A stretch of DNA of 62,834 nt, filler included, from Candidatus Hydrogenedentota bacterium (lineage in GTDB: Bacteria > JBFMHD01): the NCBI GenBank assembly GCA_040752395.1. It is 4 parts of 4 records of this genome, joined end to end, with 100 filler letters (N's around TTAATTAATTAA, not from the genome) between each part and the next. Parts side by side here need not be neighbours in the genome. Positions count along the whole stretch, not along the records: positions 29,599 to 40,626 come from JBFMHD010000081.1; positions 40,727 to 51,748 come from JBFMHD010000082.1; 2 more parts are not named here. The stretch is one strand, 5' to 3'. The notes beneath the pieces were generated by a model, which saw nothing but the letters and a program-made list of their open reading frames with translations, was not told the origin of the DNA and searched no databases. The position numbers and the translations under genes are program-made. Each line of letters begins with the position of its first letter. Position 1 is the stretch's first letter. Shown here in pieces: positions 40,294 through 50,549 of this stretch.

Positions 40294-40608
40294 TTACAAC
40301 AATCCAGGCGGTAACGGTATGCCGCCTGTAATTTTATTCATACCTTTTGCTGTTTCTTCCTGGATCTGTTTTAATATAGAGTTTACAGCAGTAATAATCA
40401 TGGACTCAAGCATCTCTATATCCTCGGGATTTAAAGCCTCTTTTTTTATTTTTACGTCAAATATCTCCTGAGTACCCCTGGCTTTAATCTCAACCATGCC
40501 GCCACCAACCGAGGCTGTGAATTCCCTGCTTTTAAGTTCTTCTTGAAAAGAAGCAAGTTTCTTCTGCATCTTTTGAAGTTCTTTCATTAAACCAGGCATC
40601 CCTATCAT
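40294..40608 (-). CDS. ybaB: Nucleoid-associated protein YbaB/EbfC
   Basis: QKMQ..GGGMVEI..DIEMLE..TGGIPLP. Confidence 0.92.
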   Translation of the reverse strand: MIGMPGLMKELQKMQKKLASFQEELKSREFTASVGGGMVEIKARGTQEIFDVKIKKEALNPEDIEMLESMIITAVNSILKQIQEETAKGMNKITGGIPLPPGLL

Positions 40609-40626
40609 TGTTCTCTCCCTCGAAAA

Positions 40627-40726
40627 NNNNNNNNNNNNNNNNNNNNNNNNNNNNNNNNNNNNNNNNNNNNTTAATTAATTAANNNNNNNNNNNNNNNNNN
40701 NNNNNNNNNNNNNNNNNNNNNNNNNN
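40627..40726. other. Artificial contig linker
   Basis: N44-TTAATTAATTAA-N44. Confidence 0.98.
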
Positions 40727-40928
40727 TCGAGACTCAAGACTCAAGACTTTTCAGGAGGCTTTTGGCTTTTGGCTCCAGCCGGCTGTAGTCCGTAGCCTGT
40801 AGCCTGTCCTGATACCTCTCACTTCTTCCGTTATCTTGCTTCTTGCTTCTTTCGTTATCTTTCTTTCCGTTATCTTGCTTCTTGCTTCTACTTGATATTA
40901 TTATAGTTACAATGTTTTTCAGAGGAGA
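40727..40928 (+). repeat. Modular repeat array at contig start, supplying the GT4 gene SD
   Basis: Reverse complement of the 20638/39103 arrays; ends GTTTTTCAGAGGAG. Confidence 0.92.
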
Positions 40929-40941
40929 CTAATATACTAAT

Positions 40942-42057
40942 ATGAAAGTATTACAGATAAGTTTTTCTAAATCTTATGGCGGAATGGAAAGATATATGGT
41001 TGAGGTCTCAAAAGGACTGATTAAAAATGGTGTCGAGGTTAAAGCTATATGTAGAAAAGACACAATGCTTGAAAATGCATTATTTGATGAGAATATACCA
41101 TATTTTAGTTTGAATCCTATAAACTATATTGATGTAAGAACTGTGATGAAACTAAAAGAAATCTATCAGAACATTAATCCTGATATTATTCATTCGCATA
41201 CATCCTGTGATCTGGGATTAATTATACCTGCATCCTGGCTCTGTGGTGAAAAACCATACGTTGTTTTTACAATGCATATGGATACCCATTATAGCAAACA
41301 TGATTTATACCACGAGTTACTTTTTAGAAAACTTAAAAAGATATTTGCCATAACTGACAGAGTAAAAAAAGAAGTTATGGATTCCTGGCCAGTAAGTTCC
41401 GGGATAGTAAAAACTTTATATAATGGTTGTGATGTAGATGAGTTTAATAAAAGAGCGGGTAAAGGTGGTTTATTGAGGAAGAGGTTTGATATACCATTAG
41501 ATTACAAAATAGTTGGCATAGTTGGTAGATTAGAAAAACCAAAAGGCCAGGATACTTTTATTGAAGCCTGTGCTTATGTGAAGAGAGAGATAGACAAGGT
41601 TAAGTTTGTAGTTATTGGTGGTGATGATAGAAAAGGGGAACCATTTTTAAATTATTTAAAAGACAGAGTAAAAGAGCTACAGATGAGTGATGATGTATAT
41701 TTTACAGGTAGAGTTGCAAATGTTGCAGGTTTTCTGAAAGATTTAGATATTTTTGTAATGTTAAGTCATTGTGAGGCATTCGGACTTGTGATACTTGAGG
41801 CATTTTCTTTGAAAAAACCTGTGATAGCTACCAGTACCGGCGGTGTGCAGGAGATTGTTTCGGATAGTGTTGATGGGTTACTTGTTCCACCAAATGAACC
41901 ATTTTTAACAAAAGATGCAATTATCAGGTTATTAAATGATGAAACACTACGAAATAAACTATCTGAAAACGGATATCACAAAGTTAAAACCCACTTTGAG
42001 ATGAAGGATAAGATTTACGAGGTTATGAATGAATATAATTTAATTTTACAGGAATGA
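40942..42057 (+). CDS. Glycosyltransferase family 4
   Basis: YGGME, VGRLEKPKG, EAFGLVILEA. Confidence 0.92.
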   Translation: MKVLQISFSKSYGGMERYMVEVSKGLIKNGVEVKAICRKDTMLENALFDENIPYFSLNPINYIDVRTVMKLKEIYQNINPDIIHSHTSCDLGLIIPASWLCGEKPYVVFTMHMDTHYSKHDLYHELLFRKLKKIFAITDRVKKEVMDSWPVSSGIVKTLYNGCDVDEFNKRAGKGGLLRKRFDIPLDYKIVGIVGRLEKPKGQDTFIEACAYVKREIDKVKFVVIGGDDRKGEPFLNYLKDRVKELQMSDDVYFTGRVANVAGFLKDLDIFVMLSHCEAFGLVILEAFSLKKPVIATSTGGVQEIVSDSVDGLLVPPNEPFLTKDAIIRLLNDETLRNKLSENGYHKVKTHFEMKDKIYEVMNEYNLILQE

Positions 42058-42063
42058 TTATAT

Positions 42064-42091
42064 AAGGCACAGAGGCACAGAGACACAAAGT
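42064..42091 (+). repeat. (AGAGGCAC)n module
   Basis: aaggcacagaggcacagagacacaaagta = reverse complement of the 15498-15527 module. Confidence 0.7.
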
Positions 42092-42101
42092 ACAGATTAA
42101 T

Positions 42102-42542
42102 ATGAATCTAATTGATTTTAAAAATCTGAATGTTAAAAAAATAATTTTTTATGGGGTTTTAATCGTAGCTTTAATATTTTTATCCAGATTTTTAATTCCG
42201 TTTCCATTGATAGAGTATTTAGCAAAAAATAATGCAAAATATATCAATCAGGATTTCTTTACTTTTGGTTTTATCGAAGAGGTTGTTGATGGGAAAATGA
42301 GATTGTCTTTTGCAGGTTATGAGTTGTGGTTTACCGCACAAAAACAGCATATCTCGCCAGATGCGGTTGGTAACTGGGCAGGTATAATTGCAACAGTAAA
42401 TGAGAAAAAAGAGAATATAATTAAACTAATTGATGTAGCTTATAGCAGACCGATGAAAGTCAATATCTCTATATTGGGTTTTATTTTTGGGTGCGTATTA
42501 ATGTGGTACTTATTAAAGAATTCTTCATTTATGGTGAGATAA
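42102..42542 (+). CDS. Hypothetical membrane protein (2 TM)
   Basis: Hydrophobic N- and C-terminal segments; operon context. Confidence 0.65.
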   Translation: MNLIDFKNLNVKKIIFYGVLIVALIFLSRFLIPFPLIEYLAKNNAKYINQDFFTFGFIEEVVDGKMRLSFAGYELWFTAQKQHISPDAVGNWAGIIATVNEKKENIIKLIDVAYSRPMKVNISILGFIFGCVLMWYLLKNSSFMVR

Positions 42543-42593
42543 CGAAAGACCACATAAATTTGCAATTTCCAATTTACAATTGGAGCGAAGCGA
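42533..42593 (+). repeat. Small repeat module (GTGAGATAACGAAAG + AATTTNC heptamers)
   Basis: Matches 48132-48146; supplies the upstream gene's stop codon. Confidence 0.55.
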
Positions 42594-42607
42594 CAGGGGG
42601 GTAAGAG

Positions 42608-43054
42608 ATGCCGGATCTTGTAACACATATCGTCTCAGCCTGGGCAATCAAGGGCTGGGATAAACAAAGATTAAATACTGTTTTTTTTATTTTTGGTAAT
42701 ATGTTGCCTGACATCGCAACAAGGGTAATTTTTATACCATTCCCTTCAACATATAAATATCTTTTTTGCATCCATAGTTTCTTTCCATTATTTATCATAA
42801 TATTATTTATAGCTGAATTTATCAATAAGGATGTAAGAAGAGATTTTATTATATGGTCATATCTCGGATGCGTTTTACATCAGGTTATGGATATATTTCA
42901 ATATGGGATAGGTGGTTATGCATTATTTTTCCCTTTTTATAATAGACTTTTCGCGTTCTCGTTAATTAGACTTAATTATTTTTATGTTTTGACAATAATT
43001 TTATTAATTATTATTTTGACATTTTCAAAAATTTATATTAGAAAAGAGCGGTGA
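42608..43054 (+). CDS. Membrane-bound metal-dependent hydrolase (YdjM-like)
   Basis: MPDLVTH, LPDI, HS, HQVMD motifs. Confidence 0.75.
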   Translation: MPDLVTHIVSAWAIKGWDKQRLNTVFFIFGNMLPDIATRVIFIPFPSTYKYLFCIHSFFPLFIIILFIAEFINKDVRRDFIIWSYLGCVLHQVMDIFQYGIGGYALFFPFYNRLFAFSLIRLNYFYVLTIILLIIILTFSKIYIRKER

Positions 43055-43064
43055 TTAAGAAAAA

Positions 43065-43490
43065 ATGTTAAAATTTACAAAAGAAGTTGATGCTGGAATA
43101 AATATCTGTGCGATACTTGCTAAAAATAATAACAGACAATTACAGGCAGAAGTGTTGATTGCGAAATCAGGGTTAACGAAACCATTTTTTCTCAAGATTG
43201 TTTATCCTTTAATAAAGAATAATATTATTTCTAATAGTCGTGGCAAGGATGGTGGCTATAGATTAAAAAAGAAGCCAGCAGATATCTCAATACAATCTAT
43301 CGTGAGGTGTTATGGCGATGTCGAGATTATAGATTGTATGATAGAGAAGAGATGCAGGATCAGACGTAATTGTGAAGCTATCTCATTGTTTTCAGCTATA
43401 AGAAATAATATTATTAATACATTGAAGAGGACAACGATAAAGAGTCTTCTCAGTAATTCAAAGCGACGTGTTCGAATTTCTCCGCGTTAA
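43065..43490 (+). CDS. Rrf2-family transcriptional regulator (three Cys, possible Fe-S)
   Basis: SRGKDGGYRL; CMIEKRCRIRRNC. Confidence 0.85.
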   Translation: MLKFTKEVDAGINICAILAKNNNRQLQAEVLIAKSGLTKPFFLKIVYPLIKNNIISNSRGKDGGYRLKKKPADISIQSIVRCYGDVEIIDCMIEKRCRIRRNCEAISLFSAIRNNIINTLKRTTIKSLLSNSKRRVRISPR

Positions 43491-45006
43491 AAATAGGATA
43501 TAATTGAAAATTCGACACATTCTTTTTACTCGCCCAGAGAATGGTTTTATGCCATAAGAATATTCTCGGCATATCTTCGATTATTTTGTCCTCTATATTT
43601 TGATAAAGAGCTATGGCATTTCTCTTGTTTGTTGTTGATTGTGCCTGAATAATCAAGCTATCTATCTTTGGGTTAGAATAGAACGTCGGGTTACCACCAG
43701 ATGGGATATTTGCGCTGTGGAAAAGTGGATACAGGAAATTTTCTGCATCAGGATAGTCAGCCCACCAGGAATAATAGAATAAATCATAATTACCCTGAAA
43801 TAGATTTTCTTTGAATGAACTGGTTTCACGCTGGGTGATTTTTATTTTTATACCGAGATTGGATAAATACTGTTGTACTGATTCTGAGATACCGAGAACC
43901 TCTTTGCTTTCTGTTTGAAGCAAGACATATTCTTTTTTGAAATCGAATCTTTTCTTTGCAAGTATTTTTTTTGCTTCATCGGGATTATATTGAGGCCAGG
44001 GTTTATTTTCTCGATAACCTGGTAAACCAGGTGGTATAGGACCATTACTTAGAATAGCATTTTCTTGATATAATGTTTTCATTATAGCCTCACGGTCAAT
44101 TCCCATAGAAAAAGCCCGCCTTATTTCAGGGTCAGTAAAGGGTGGCTGTTTACAATTAAAGCCTAAAAAGTATAGATTTAAACCAGCTGTTTTATGAATA
44201 ACACTATTTTTGTCCGCACTCAATACCGGTAGAATAGACCTTGTTATCTCTATTATATCAAGTGCATTATTTTGATATTCACAGGAAAGCGAGAAATCAG
44301 AGACATAAAATTTGAATTCTAGCTTATTTGGTAAATGATTATTTACACCTAAAAAATAATCTTTGTTTCTTACAAGAACAACTTTTTGGCCGGTTATCCA
44401 CTCTGAAAAAATCCACGGGCCAGCTCCAACAGGTTTTCTTCCAAATATTTCAGCTTTTTCAGCCTCTTCAAAAGGTATTATCGATGCATTGGGCATCGCT
44501 AACTTGTAGAGGAATGGCGAGAATGGTTTTGATAGGGTTATAATTAATTCTGTATCTGATAGAATCTGGATACCGCTTATTGTATCTACTTTTTTTGTTT
44601 TAACATCTATACTTCCTTTTATATCCTCTACAACCCACGAACGCGGTGATTCTTTTAATAATCTTATAAATGTTCTCTCTACGTCTTTAGATATTAATTT
44701 TCTGTTATTATGAAAATAGACATTATCTTTTAATATAAATTTATATTTCAAGCCTCTATCATTTATTTCCCACGTATCTGCTATATCTGGTATTATATTA
44801 CCATCTTTATCAGTTCTAACAAGGCAGTTAAAGATACAGCTTACTATTCGTCCACCTGTGACGTCTTTAACGTATGCAGGGTCAAGTGTATTAGGTTCGC
44901 CGAGTATCCCGACCCTGATTGTTGAAGTTATAGTTTTATCTTTTTTACTACAGGATAGCGCGATTAAAATACAAAAAAGAATAAAGAGTAATGCTTTTAG
45001 TTTCAT
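43450..45006 (-). CDS. ABC peptide/nickel substrate-binding lipoprotein (SBP family 5)
   Basis: Lipobox ALSC, TLDPA, PVGAGPW, WWADYPD. Confidence 0.92.
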   Translation of the reverse strand: MKLKALLFILFCILIALSCSKKDKTITSTIRVGILGEPNTLDPAYVKDVTGGRIVSCIFNCLVRTDKDGNIIPDIADTWEINDRGLKYKFILKDNVYFHNNRKLISKDVERTFIRLLKESPRSWVVEDIKGSIDVKTKKVDTISGIQILSDTELIITLSKPFSPFLYKLAMPNASIIPFEEAEKAEIFGRKPVGAGPWIFSEWITGQKVVLVRNKDYFLGVNNHLPNKLEFKFYVSDFSLSCEYQNNALDIIEITRSILPVLSADKNSVIHKTAGLNLYFLGFNCKQPPFTDPEIRRAFSMGIDREAIMKTLYQENAILSNGPIPPGLPGYRENKPWPQYNPDEAKKILAKKRFDFKKEYVLLQTESKEVLGISESVQQYLSNLGIKIKITQRETSSFKENLFQGNYDLFYYSWWADYPDAENFLYPLFHSANIPSGGNPTFYSNPKIDSLIIQAQSTTNKRNAIALYQNIEDKIIEDMPRIFLWHKTILWASKKNVSNFQLYPIFNAEKFEHVALNY

Positions 45007-45011
45007 TTTTA

Positions 45012-45093
45012 CTCCTCTGAAAAACGCTGTAACTCTAATAATTCGGGGTACAGGCTACGGGCTACGGACTACAGCCGGCTGGAGCCCGAAGCC
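45012..45093 (-). repeat. Short repeat array supplying the SBP SD
   Basis: Identical to ~51885-51965; GAGGAG 5 nt before the ATG. Confidence 0.9.
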
Positions 45094-45275
45094 AACATAT
45101 CATTTATTAAATCGGCTAATAAAAATAAATAGTTGACAAATATTTAAAGTTATGGTAATTATTTTACGAAAAATATAATATAATAGTTGTTTAAATATTA
45201 TTATAGAGGGGGTATAACTCATTGAAACGATAACATCGGCAATTTAGTTTTGATCTTTTGGGAAGTGAATATTTG

Positions 45276-48101
45276 ATGAAGAAACGGGGTTTAGTTGTTT
45301 TAGTTTTATTAATTGTTGCTTTACTTTTTAGCGGATTTAAAGAGAATTATTCTTTTATTTATCTTTTTGAATGCGATATCCCTCTTTTACTTAAACAGGA
45401 TAATATTTATTCGCAAAATGATTTCAGGTTTATACTCTGTCGTAAACTATATCCGTTATTGAAATTAATAAAAAACGAGAGAGATTTAAGAGTTGGATTA
45501 ATCATCACGCCACGATTTATCAATCACTGGGAAGAAGTGATGCGTGGTTTTGCCGATGAAAACTATCTTTTATCTTTAAAAGACTTTGACGAATTAAGTT
45601 ATGCTGAAAAAGAAGAGATTATAAAAAGGTTTTGCAGACCCAGACTCGATGTTGATTTAAAATCATTTCCGCGGTATGACGAGATTTATAAAAAGCTACC
45701 AGATAATATTTTGAATGAGATACAGCTCGATAAAACCCTTATTGATTTAACACCAAAGGATTATAAAGACCTTCAAACTTTGTATGCGTTGTCCCAGCTT
45801 GACCCATTAGAAAGAAATTTACCACCAATACAGCCAATAGTTGATAAGGGTTCAGGCTGGAGTGAGAACGAGAAACGTATAATCTGGGATCGTGTTAAAG
45901 AGATAGAAAGAGAATCTTATGATCTTTTAAATCAGCTTATTATATCAGGCCGTGTCGAGTTGATTGCTTCATTTGAATACATCGTACCAACCCAGGTTCT
46001 TTTTAATTATGAAAAACTTGGATTAAAAGATGAGCCAAATGTGCTGATAGATTTAAAAGAAGAGCTTGATAGATTACTTATAAGGTCTAAAAAATATTAT
46101 AAAGAAAAATTTAATGTAGAGCCTCTGGGTCTATGGCCTGGCTATTATTTACCCGAGGGTGCTTTTTTTTCTGATATTTTCAGGGATAATTTTAAATATG
46201 CTCTTTTAGATTCTTCACAGCTATCACATCGCGGTTCCTTGATTTCTTCAGGAAAGAATAAGTTTATTCAAAGGGACAACAATTTTAATAAAAAATATTT
46301 AGATACACCACTTGTTATAGGACAGGGCGTAAATGAGTTTCTTGAATTGGTACACAGAGAATGCGAACTCGACCCTAATAACGTAAAGGTATTGTCATTT
46401 GATTGCAATACAATGGATATAACTGATTTTAATCAGAAGTATTATTTTCTTAAAAAACAGGGGTTTGAGTTCATACAGCCATCTCAAATACTGAATCGCA
46501 GTTCTCAGGATGCACCAATAATCATTCATTCTCTATGGGATGATGAAAAAAATTATCTGGATTGTATTGGCAGAGATGATTTGAATAGAATGTGGGATGC
46601 TGTGTATAAACTCAAAAAAGTATTTGAAGTAAAAAGTAAAGAGATGATTGAAAAAGGACAAAGAAAAACAAGGATTGATATTACAACCCTGAAAAATTTA
46701 TACGAATCGATATTGAGTTTGTTAGATGAAACGTGGTATCTAAAAGTATCAATGCCGCAAGGGTTTACAAAAGATGTGGTAAATTATGTGAATGAGTTTA
46801 AAGAAAGATATGAAAGAGTTTATAAAACATTGACCGATGAAAGTTTGCCTGAAGAAATAGTCTTCCTGTACCCTTTAAAATCTGATGCAGCACGACAGAG
46901 TATTGTTCTTGATATGATCCAGCCTGAACTCGATGGTGAGGTCAGCGCAGGTGAATATTTTGCAGGCGAAAAAAAAGCTGGAAAATTTAGTGATTGTTAT
47001 CTCGGGATCGATAATGAAAGAATTTATCTTGGCATAATTAAGAAAGATGTAAAAGACCCGCTTACACTCGAGATGTATCTATCATGTAATGATATTTTAA
47101 ACTGGGTCTCACAATATTCTGATGGCGTTAAATCAGAGGATAAACTCGGGTTTAGATTGGACATTTTCTGGCCAAGAAACGATAAACCCGAGATAAGGTT
47201 CTTTAAACCAGGACTTAATAATATATGGAACCCCTATATAGATGAGCAAAGAGACGTTAAATCAACTAATAAAACTATTGAGATAAGTATCCCATTTTCT
47301 ATAATATCTGACAAGGAATATGCCCAGATCGGGTTTGTTATGTTTGAAAAAATAAGAAAAATTAAAAATAGAATCCCCAAAACAGGTACAATGCTATTCA
47401 ACGTTGAAAGGAATCCTGAACCATTGATTGAAGGATTTTTCAGGGATTTCCCATCTGATGATCATTCCTTTGGAAACCTGGTTTATCCGCAATTGAGCGA
47501 TATACATAGCGGCCTCTTTGATATATTAAATTTCAGGATTATGATGTATAAGTCTTATTATAAGTTTAAAATCAAAATGAAAGAATTACATAATATATGG
47601 AGATTGACAGGTGGTTTGAGCCAGCCAGTAATTGATATATATTTGGACGTTGATGGCAAAGAAAATTCTGGTTTGAGAGAACTGCTTCCCAAAAGAAACG
47701 CAATATTTACTGATGAATATTTCTGGGATTATGCAATTGTTATAAGTGGTGATGGCGCTTCTTTTTATGGAGTTAATCCAAGAGCTGAACCAGTATATCT
47801 TATTGGACCACGATATACTGTTAATGAGACCGCAAACGAAATCACAGTGGATATACCTCAATATGTTCTACCAGAGGGCGATATATTTGAATGGTCATAT
47901 TTTGTTGGAGTTTTGTGTTACGATCCTTTATCAGAGCACCATATAAGGGAGATAAAAAGAGAATCAGATAACAGATGTTTTGGTGGCGCTAAATATGATA
48001 AAGTATCTAATTATCTCGATATACTTGTTCCTGTAAATAAGAGTCAGGAAGAAATTTTGAATCATTATTATCCACCATTACCGATGTTTAAAGTCTACTA
48101 A
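45276..48101 (+). CDS. Secreted GH57 amylopullulanase-like protein with DOMON-like glucodextranase C-terminal domain; catalytic motifs degenerate
   Basis: Signal peptide MKKRGL; GRVELIAS, GLWP, DLQTLY; C-terminal DDHSFGNLVYP, IDIYLD, WDYAI. Confidence 0.75.
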   Translation: MKKRGLVVLVLLIVALLFSGFKENYSFIYLFECDIPLLLKQDNIYSQNDFRFILCRKLYPLLKLIKNERDLRVGLIITPRFINHWEEVMRGFADENYLLSLKDFDELSYAEKEEIIKRFCRPRLDVDLKSFPRYDEIYKKLPDNILNEIQLDKTLIDLTPKDYKDLQTLYALSQLDPLERNLPPIQPIVDKGSGWSENEKRIIWDRVKEIERESYDLLNQLIISGRVELIASFEYIVPTQVLFNYEKLGLKDEPNVLIDLKEELDRLLIRSKKYYKEKFNVEPLGLWPGYYLPEGAFFSDIFRDNFKYALLDSSQLSHRGSLISSGKNKFIQRDNNFNKKYLDTPLVIGQGVNEFLELVHRECELDPNNVKVLSFDCNTMDITDFNQKYYFLKKQGFEFIQPSQILNRSSQDAPIIIHSLWDDEKNYLDCIGRDDLNRMWDAVYKLKKVFEVKSKEMIEKGQRKTRIDITTLKNLYESILSLLDETWYLKVSMPQGFTKDVVNYVNEFKERYERVYKTLTDESLPEEIVFLYPLKSDAARQSIVLDMIQPELDGEVSAGEYFAGEKKAGKFSDCYLGIDNERIYLGIIKKDVKDPLTLEMYLSCNDILNWVSQYSDGVKSEDKLGFRLDIFWPRNDKPEIRFFKPGLNNIWNPYIDEQRDVKSTNKTIEISIPFSIISDKEYAQIGFVMFEKIRKIKNRIPKTGTMLFNVERNPEPLIEGFFRDFPSDDHSFGNLVYPQLSDIHSGLFDILNFRIMMYKSYYKFKIKMKELHNIWRLTGGLSQPVIDIYLDVDGKENSGLRELLPKRNAIFTDEYFWDYAIVISGDGASFYGVNPRAEPVYLIGPRYTVNETANEITVDIPQYVLPEGDIFEWSYFVGVLCYDPLSEHHIREIKRESDNRCFGGAKYDKVSNYLDILVPVNKSQEEILNHYYPPLPMFKVY

Positions 48102-48131
48102 CTTCCTGGTTCTTACTTCGCTATCACAAGA

Positions 48132-48396
48132 GTGAGATAACGAAAGAAGCAAGAAGCAAGAAACAAGAGGCACAAAGGCACCTGCCTGCGCCGCGCTCCG
48201 CCGCGGCAGGCAGGCAAAAGCACAAAGCATGAAAAACTAAAGATGATATGAAAAAAGTCGTGAGTCACAAGTCGCAAGTCGTGAGTCAAAACAGGACTCA
48301 AGACTCAAGACTTTTCATAGGGGGCTCCAGCCGGCTGTAGTCCGTAGCCAGTAGCCTGTACCCCGAATTATTAGGGTTGAGGAGTTTTCAGAGGGG
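48132..48396 (+). repeat. Modular repeat array upstream of mltG, with an extra CCTGCCTGC..GCAGGCAGG palindrome
   Basis: Shared modules in the same order, ending TTTTCAGAGGGG. Confidence 0.9.
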
Positions 48397-48413
48397 TGGG
48401 TTAACAGTGTGTT

Positions 48414-49391
48414 ATGTATAAATATATTATAAGCGTTATACTTATTATTATAGTTATAACCGGACTTTATGTTAAGAGTAATCTTCAGGCACCTGAAAAT
48501 TTTATTTCTGAAAAAACAGTTTATATAACCCCTGGAGCAAATACAGATCAAATAGCTAAATATCTTAAAATGGAAAATATAATAAAAAATAGATTTATTT
48601 TTAAGATGATTGTAAAGTATAAAGGATATGAAAAAAGATTAAAAGCAGGATACTATCTTATACAGAAAAAGAGTGATGTATTTAGAGTTGTTGATATTCT
48701 TGTTGAAGGGAAAGAATTAGCAAAAAAGATTACAATCAGAGAAGGTTTGACTGTCAAAGAAGTAGTCGAAGATCTTGTAGATAACGGGTTTGGGAGCGAA
48801 GAAGAATATAATAAGATATTAAAAGATGAGAGATTATTAAAAGAGCTAATCCATTTTGCAAAAAGCTATGAAGGATTTTTATTTCCTCAAACCTATTATT
48901 TTAGAATAAATGAGATACCGGAAAATATTATTAAAAGATTATTAGAGGAATTCAGGAAAAGTTTCCAGCCAGAGTTTGAACAGCGGGCTTCGAGCATAGG
49001 GCTGTCGTGTTATGAAGCTATAATACTTGCTTCTATAGTTGAGAAAGAGGCTAACAAAGAAGAGGAGAGACCGGTTATAGCTGGTATATTTTTAAAAAGA
49101 TTGAGATCAGGTCGTAAATTAGAAGCCTGTCCCACCATAAGATATATTTTAAATCCAAAGAGACCAAATCTTTTATATGAGGATTTAGAGATAGATTCAC
49201 CTTATAATACCTATCTTTACCCAGGTTTACCACCCACGCCTATTTGTAACCCCTCGATTAGTTCTATAAAAGCGGTATTATATTATGAAGAGACACCATA
49301 TCTATATTTTGTTTCAGATAATAAAGGGGGTCATTATTTTTCAAGTACTCTTTCAGAACATAACAGATACAAAGTCTTAGTTTCGAAATAA
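48414..49391 (+). CDS. mltG: Endolytic transglycosylase MltG
   Basis: EGFLFPQTY, ASIVEKE, SPYNTY..GLPPTPI. Confidence 0.95.
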   Translation: MYKYIISVILIIIVITGLYVKSNLQAPENFISEKTVYITPGANTDQIAKYLKMENIIKNRFIFKMIVKYKGYEKRLKAGYYLIQKKSDVFRVVDILVEGKELAKKITIREGLTVKEVVEDLVDNGFGSEEEYNKILKDERLLKELIHFAKSYEGFLFPQTYYFRINEIPENIIKRLLEEFRKSFQPEFEQRASSIGLSCYEAIILASIVEKEANKEEERPVIAGIFLKRLRSGRKLEACPTIRYILNPKRPNLLYEDLEIDSPYNTYLYPGLPPTPICNPSISSIKAVLYYEETPYLYFVSDNKGGHYFSSTLSEHNRYKVLVSK

Positions 49392-49544
49392 CTTGCTTTT
49401 TTTGCGTCGTTCTAACTCGAGTCTAAGCAGGTTCTTTACTGCTTTTAATCGTTTATTAAACAATTTTTCAAGAGTGTCTTGTGGTAGATTTAATAATATA
49501 CTTTTCTGTAATTTCCTATTTGTTATTTCTTCACTTATGTTCAT
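49377..49544 (-). CDS. Small hypothetical basic protein (55 aa)
   Basis: Hand-translated MNISEEITNRKLQKS..; no recognisable motif. Confidence 0.25.
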   Translation of the reverse strand: MNISEEITNRKLQKSILLNLPQDTLEKLFNKRLKAVKNLLRLELERRKKSKLFRN

Positions 49545-49772
49545 AGTTTATTAATCGGCATTAAATATTTTACACTTTAACCCTATCACTTATGAACCAT
49601 TATGCTGTGATCCAGACACTCGACTTCAAACTTTTTTGTGTAACTTCTGGTCATTCCCTTTCTTTACCTCTGATGTCTGATGTCTATGGTTATGGTCTAC
49701 TGCCTGAATTGCAGGTGGTATATAAATAAAATATAATATTTAAATACTGATATTAGATGTCGATAATTTAAT

Positions 49773-50549
49773 ATGATATATCAAATACTAATACTCGGGA
49801 TTATACAGGGAGTTACTGAGTTTTTACCTGTATCGAGTGATGGTCATCTTGCGTTTCTGGAACGATTGATGCCGGGTATCACTGAGTTTTCCTGTGAAAT
49901 GAAACTCTTTATAAATGTCTCGTTACATTTTGCTACTTTATTAGCTGTTATATTATTTTTCAGGAATAAGTTGATAGCTATTATAAAGGAGCGCGATTAT
50001 TTATATATTTTGCTTGTATTATTTGCCTGTATCCCAACAGGGATTATTGGGTTAGCGCTTAAAAATTATGTTGAAGAAAAAATGAACGACAAGATGATGA
50101 TATCGCTTTTTTTTTGTATAACAGGTCTTGTTTTATATATAACACGGATACGACAGACTATTTTAAAAAGAAGACCAAATTATTTTATAGCTTTTATTGC
50201 AGGTATATTTCAGGGTATAGCTGTTTTGCCAGGCATCTCACGTTCAGCTATGACTATATCCTGTCTGCTTTTATTTGGTATTAATGAAAAGGAAGCAGGT
50301 GATTTTTCGTTTATTATGTCGATACCAGCGGTATCAGGAGCTGTTTTAGTTGAATCAAGGTACATACTAAGCTGGAATCCGTTTGAAGTGACACCCTTTT
50401 TAGGCTTGACAATTTTTGCAGGAATGGTAGTTGCATTTATATCCGGCTTTTTTTCATTAAAATTTTTATACAGAATACTCGAAGACAAGATATGGTATAA
50501 ATTTTCGTATTATCTTTTTATTATCGCAGCTATTAACGCGATAGTTTGA
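49773..50549 (+). CDS. uppP: Undecaprenyl-diphosphatase
   Basis: QGVTEFLPVSSDGHL, PGISRS. Confidence 0.95.
   Translation: MIYQILILGIIQGVTEFLPVSSDGHLAFLERLMPGITEFSCEMKLFINVSLHFATLLAVILFFRNKLIAIIKERDYLYILLVLFACIPTGIIGLALKNYVEEKMNDKMMISLFFCITGLVLYITRIRQTILKRRPNYFIAFIAGIFQGIAVLPGISRSAMTISCLLLFGINEKEAGDFSFIMSIPAVSGAVLVESRYILSWNPFEVTPFLGLTIFAGMVVAFISGFFSLKFLYRILEDKIWYKFSYYLFIIAAINAIV

Noticed and set aside
48113-48551. ORFs 48113-48301 and 48315-48551 (also 44858-45136)
   Set aside because: Translations of repeat modules or antisense to real genes
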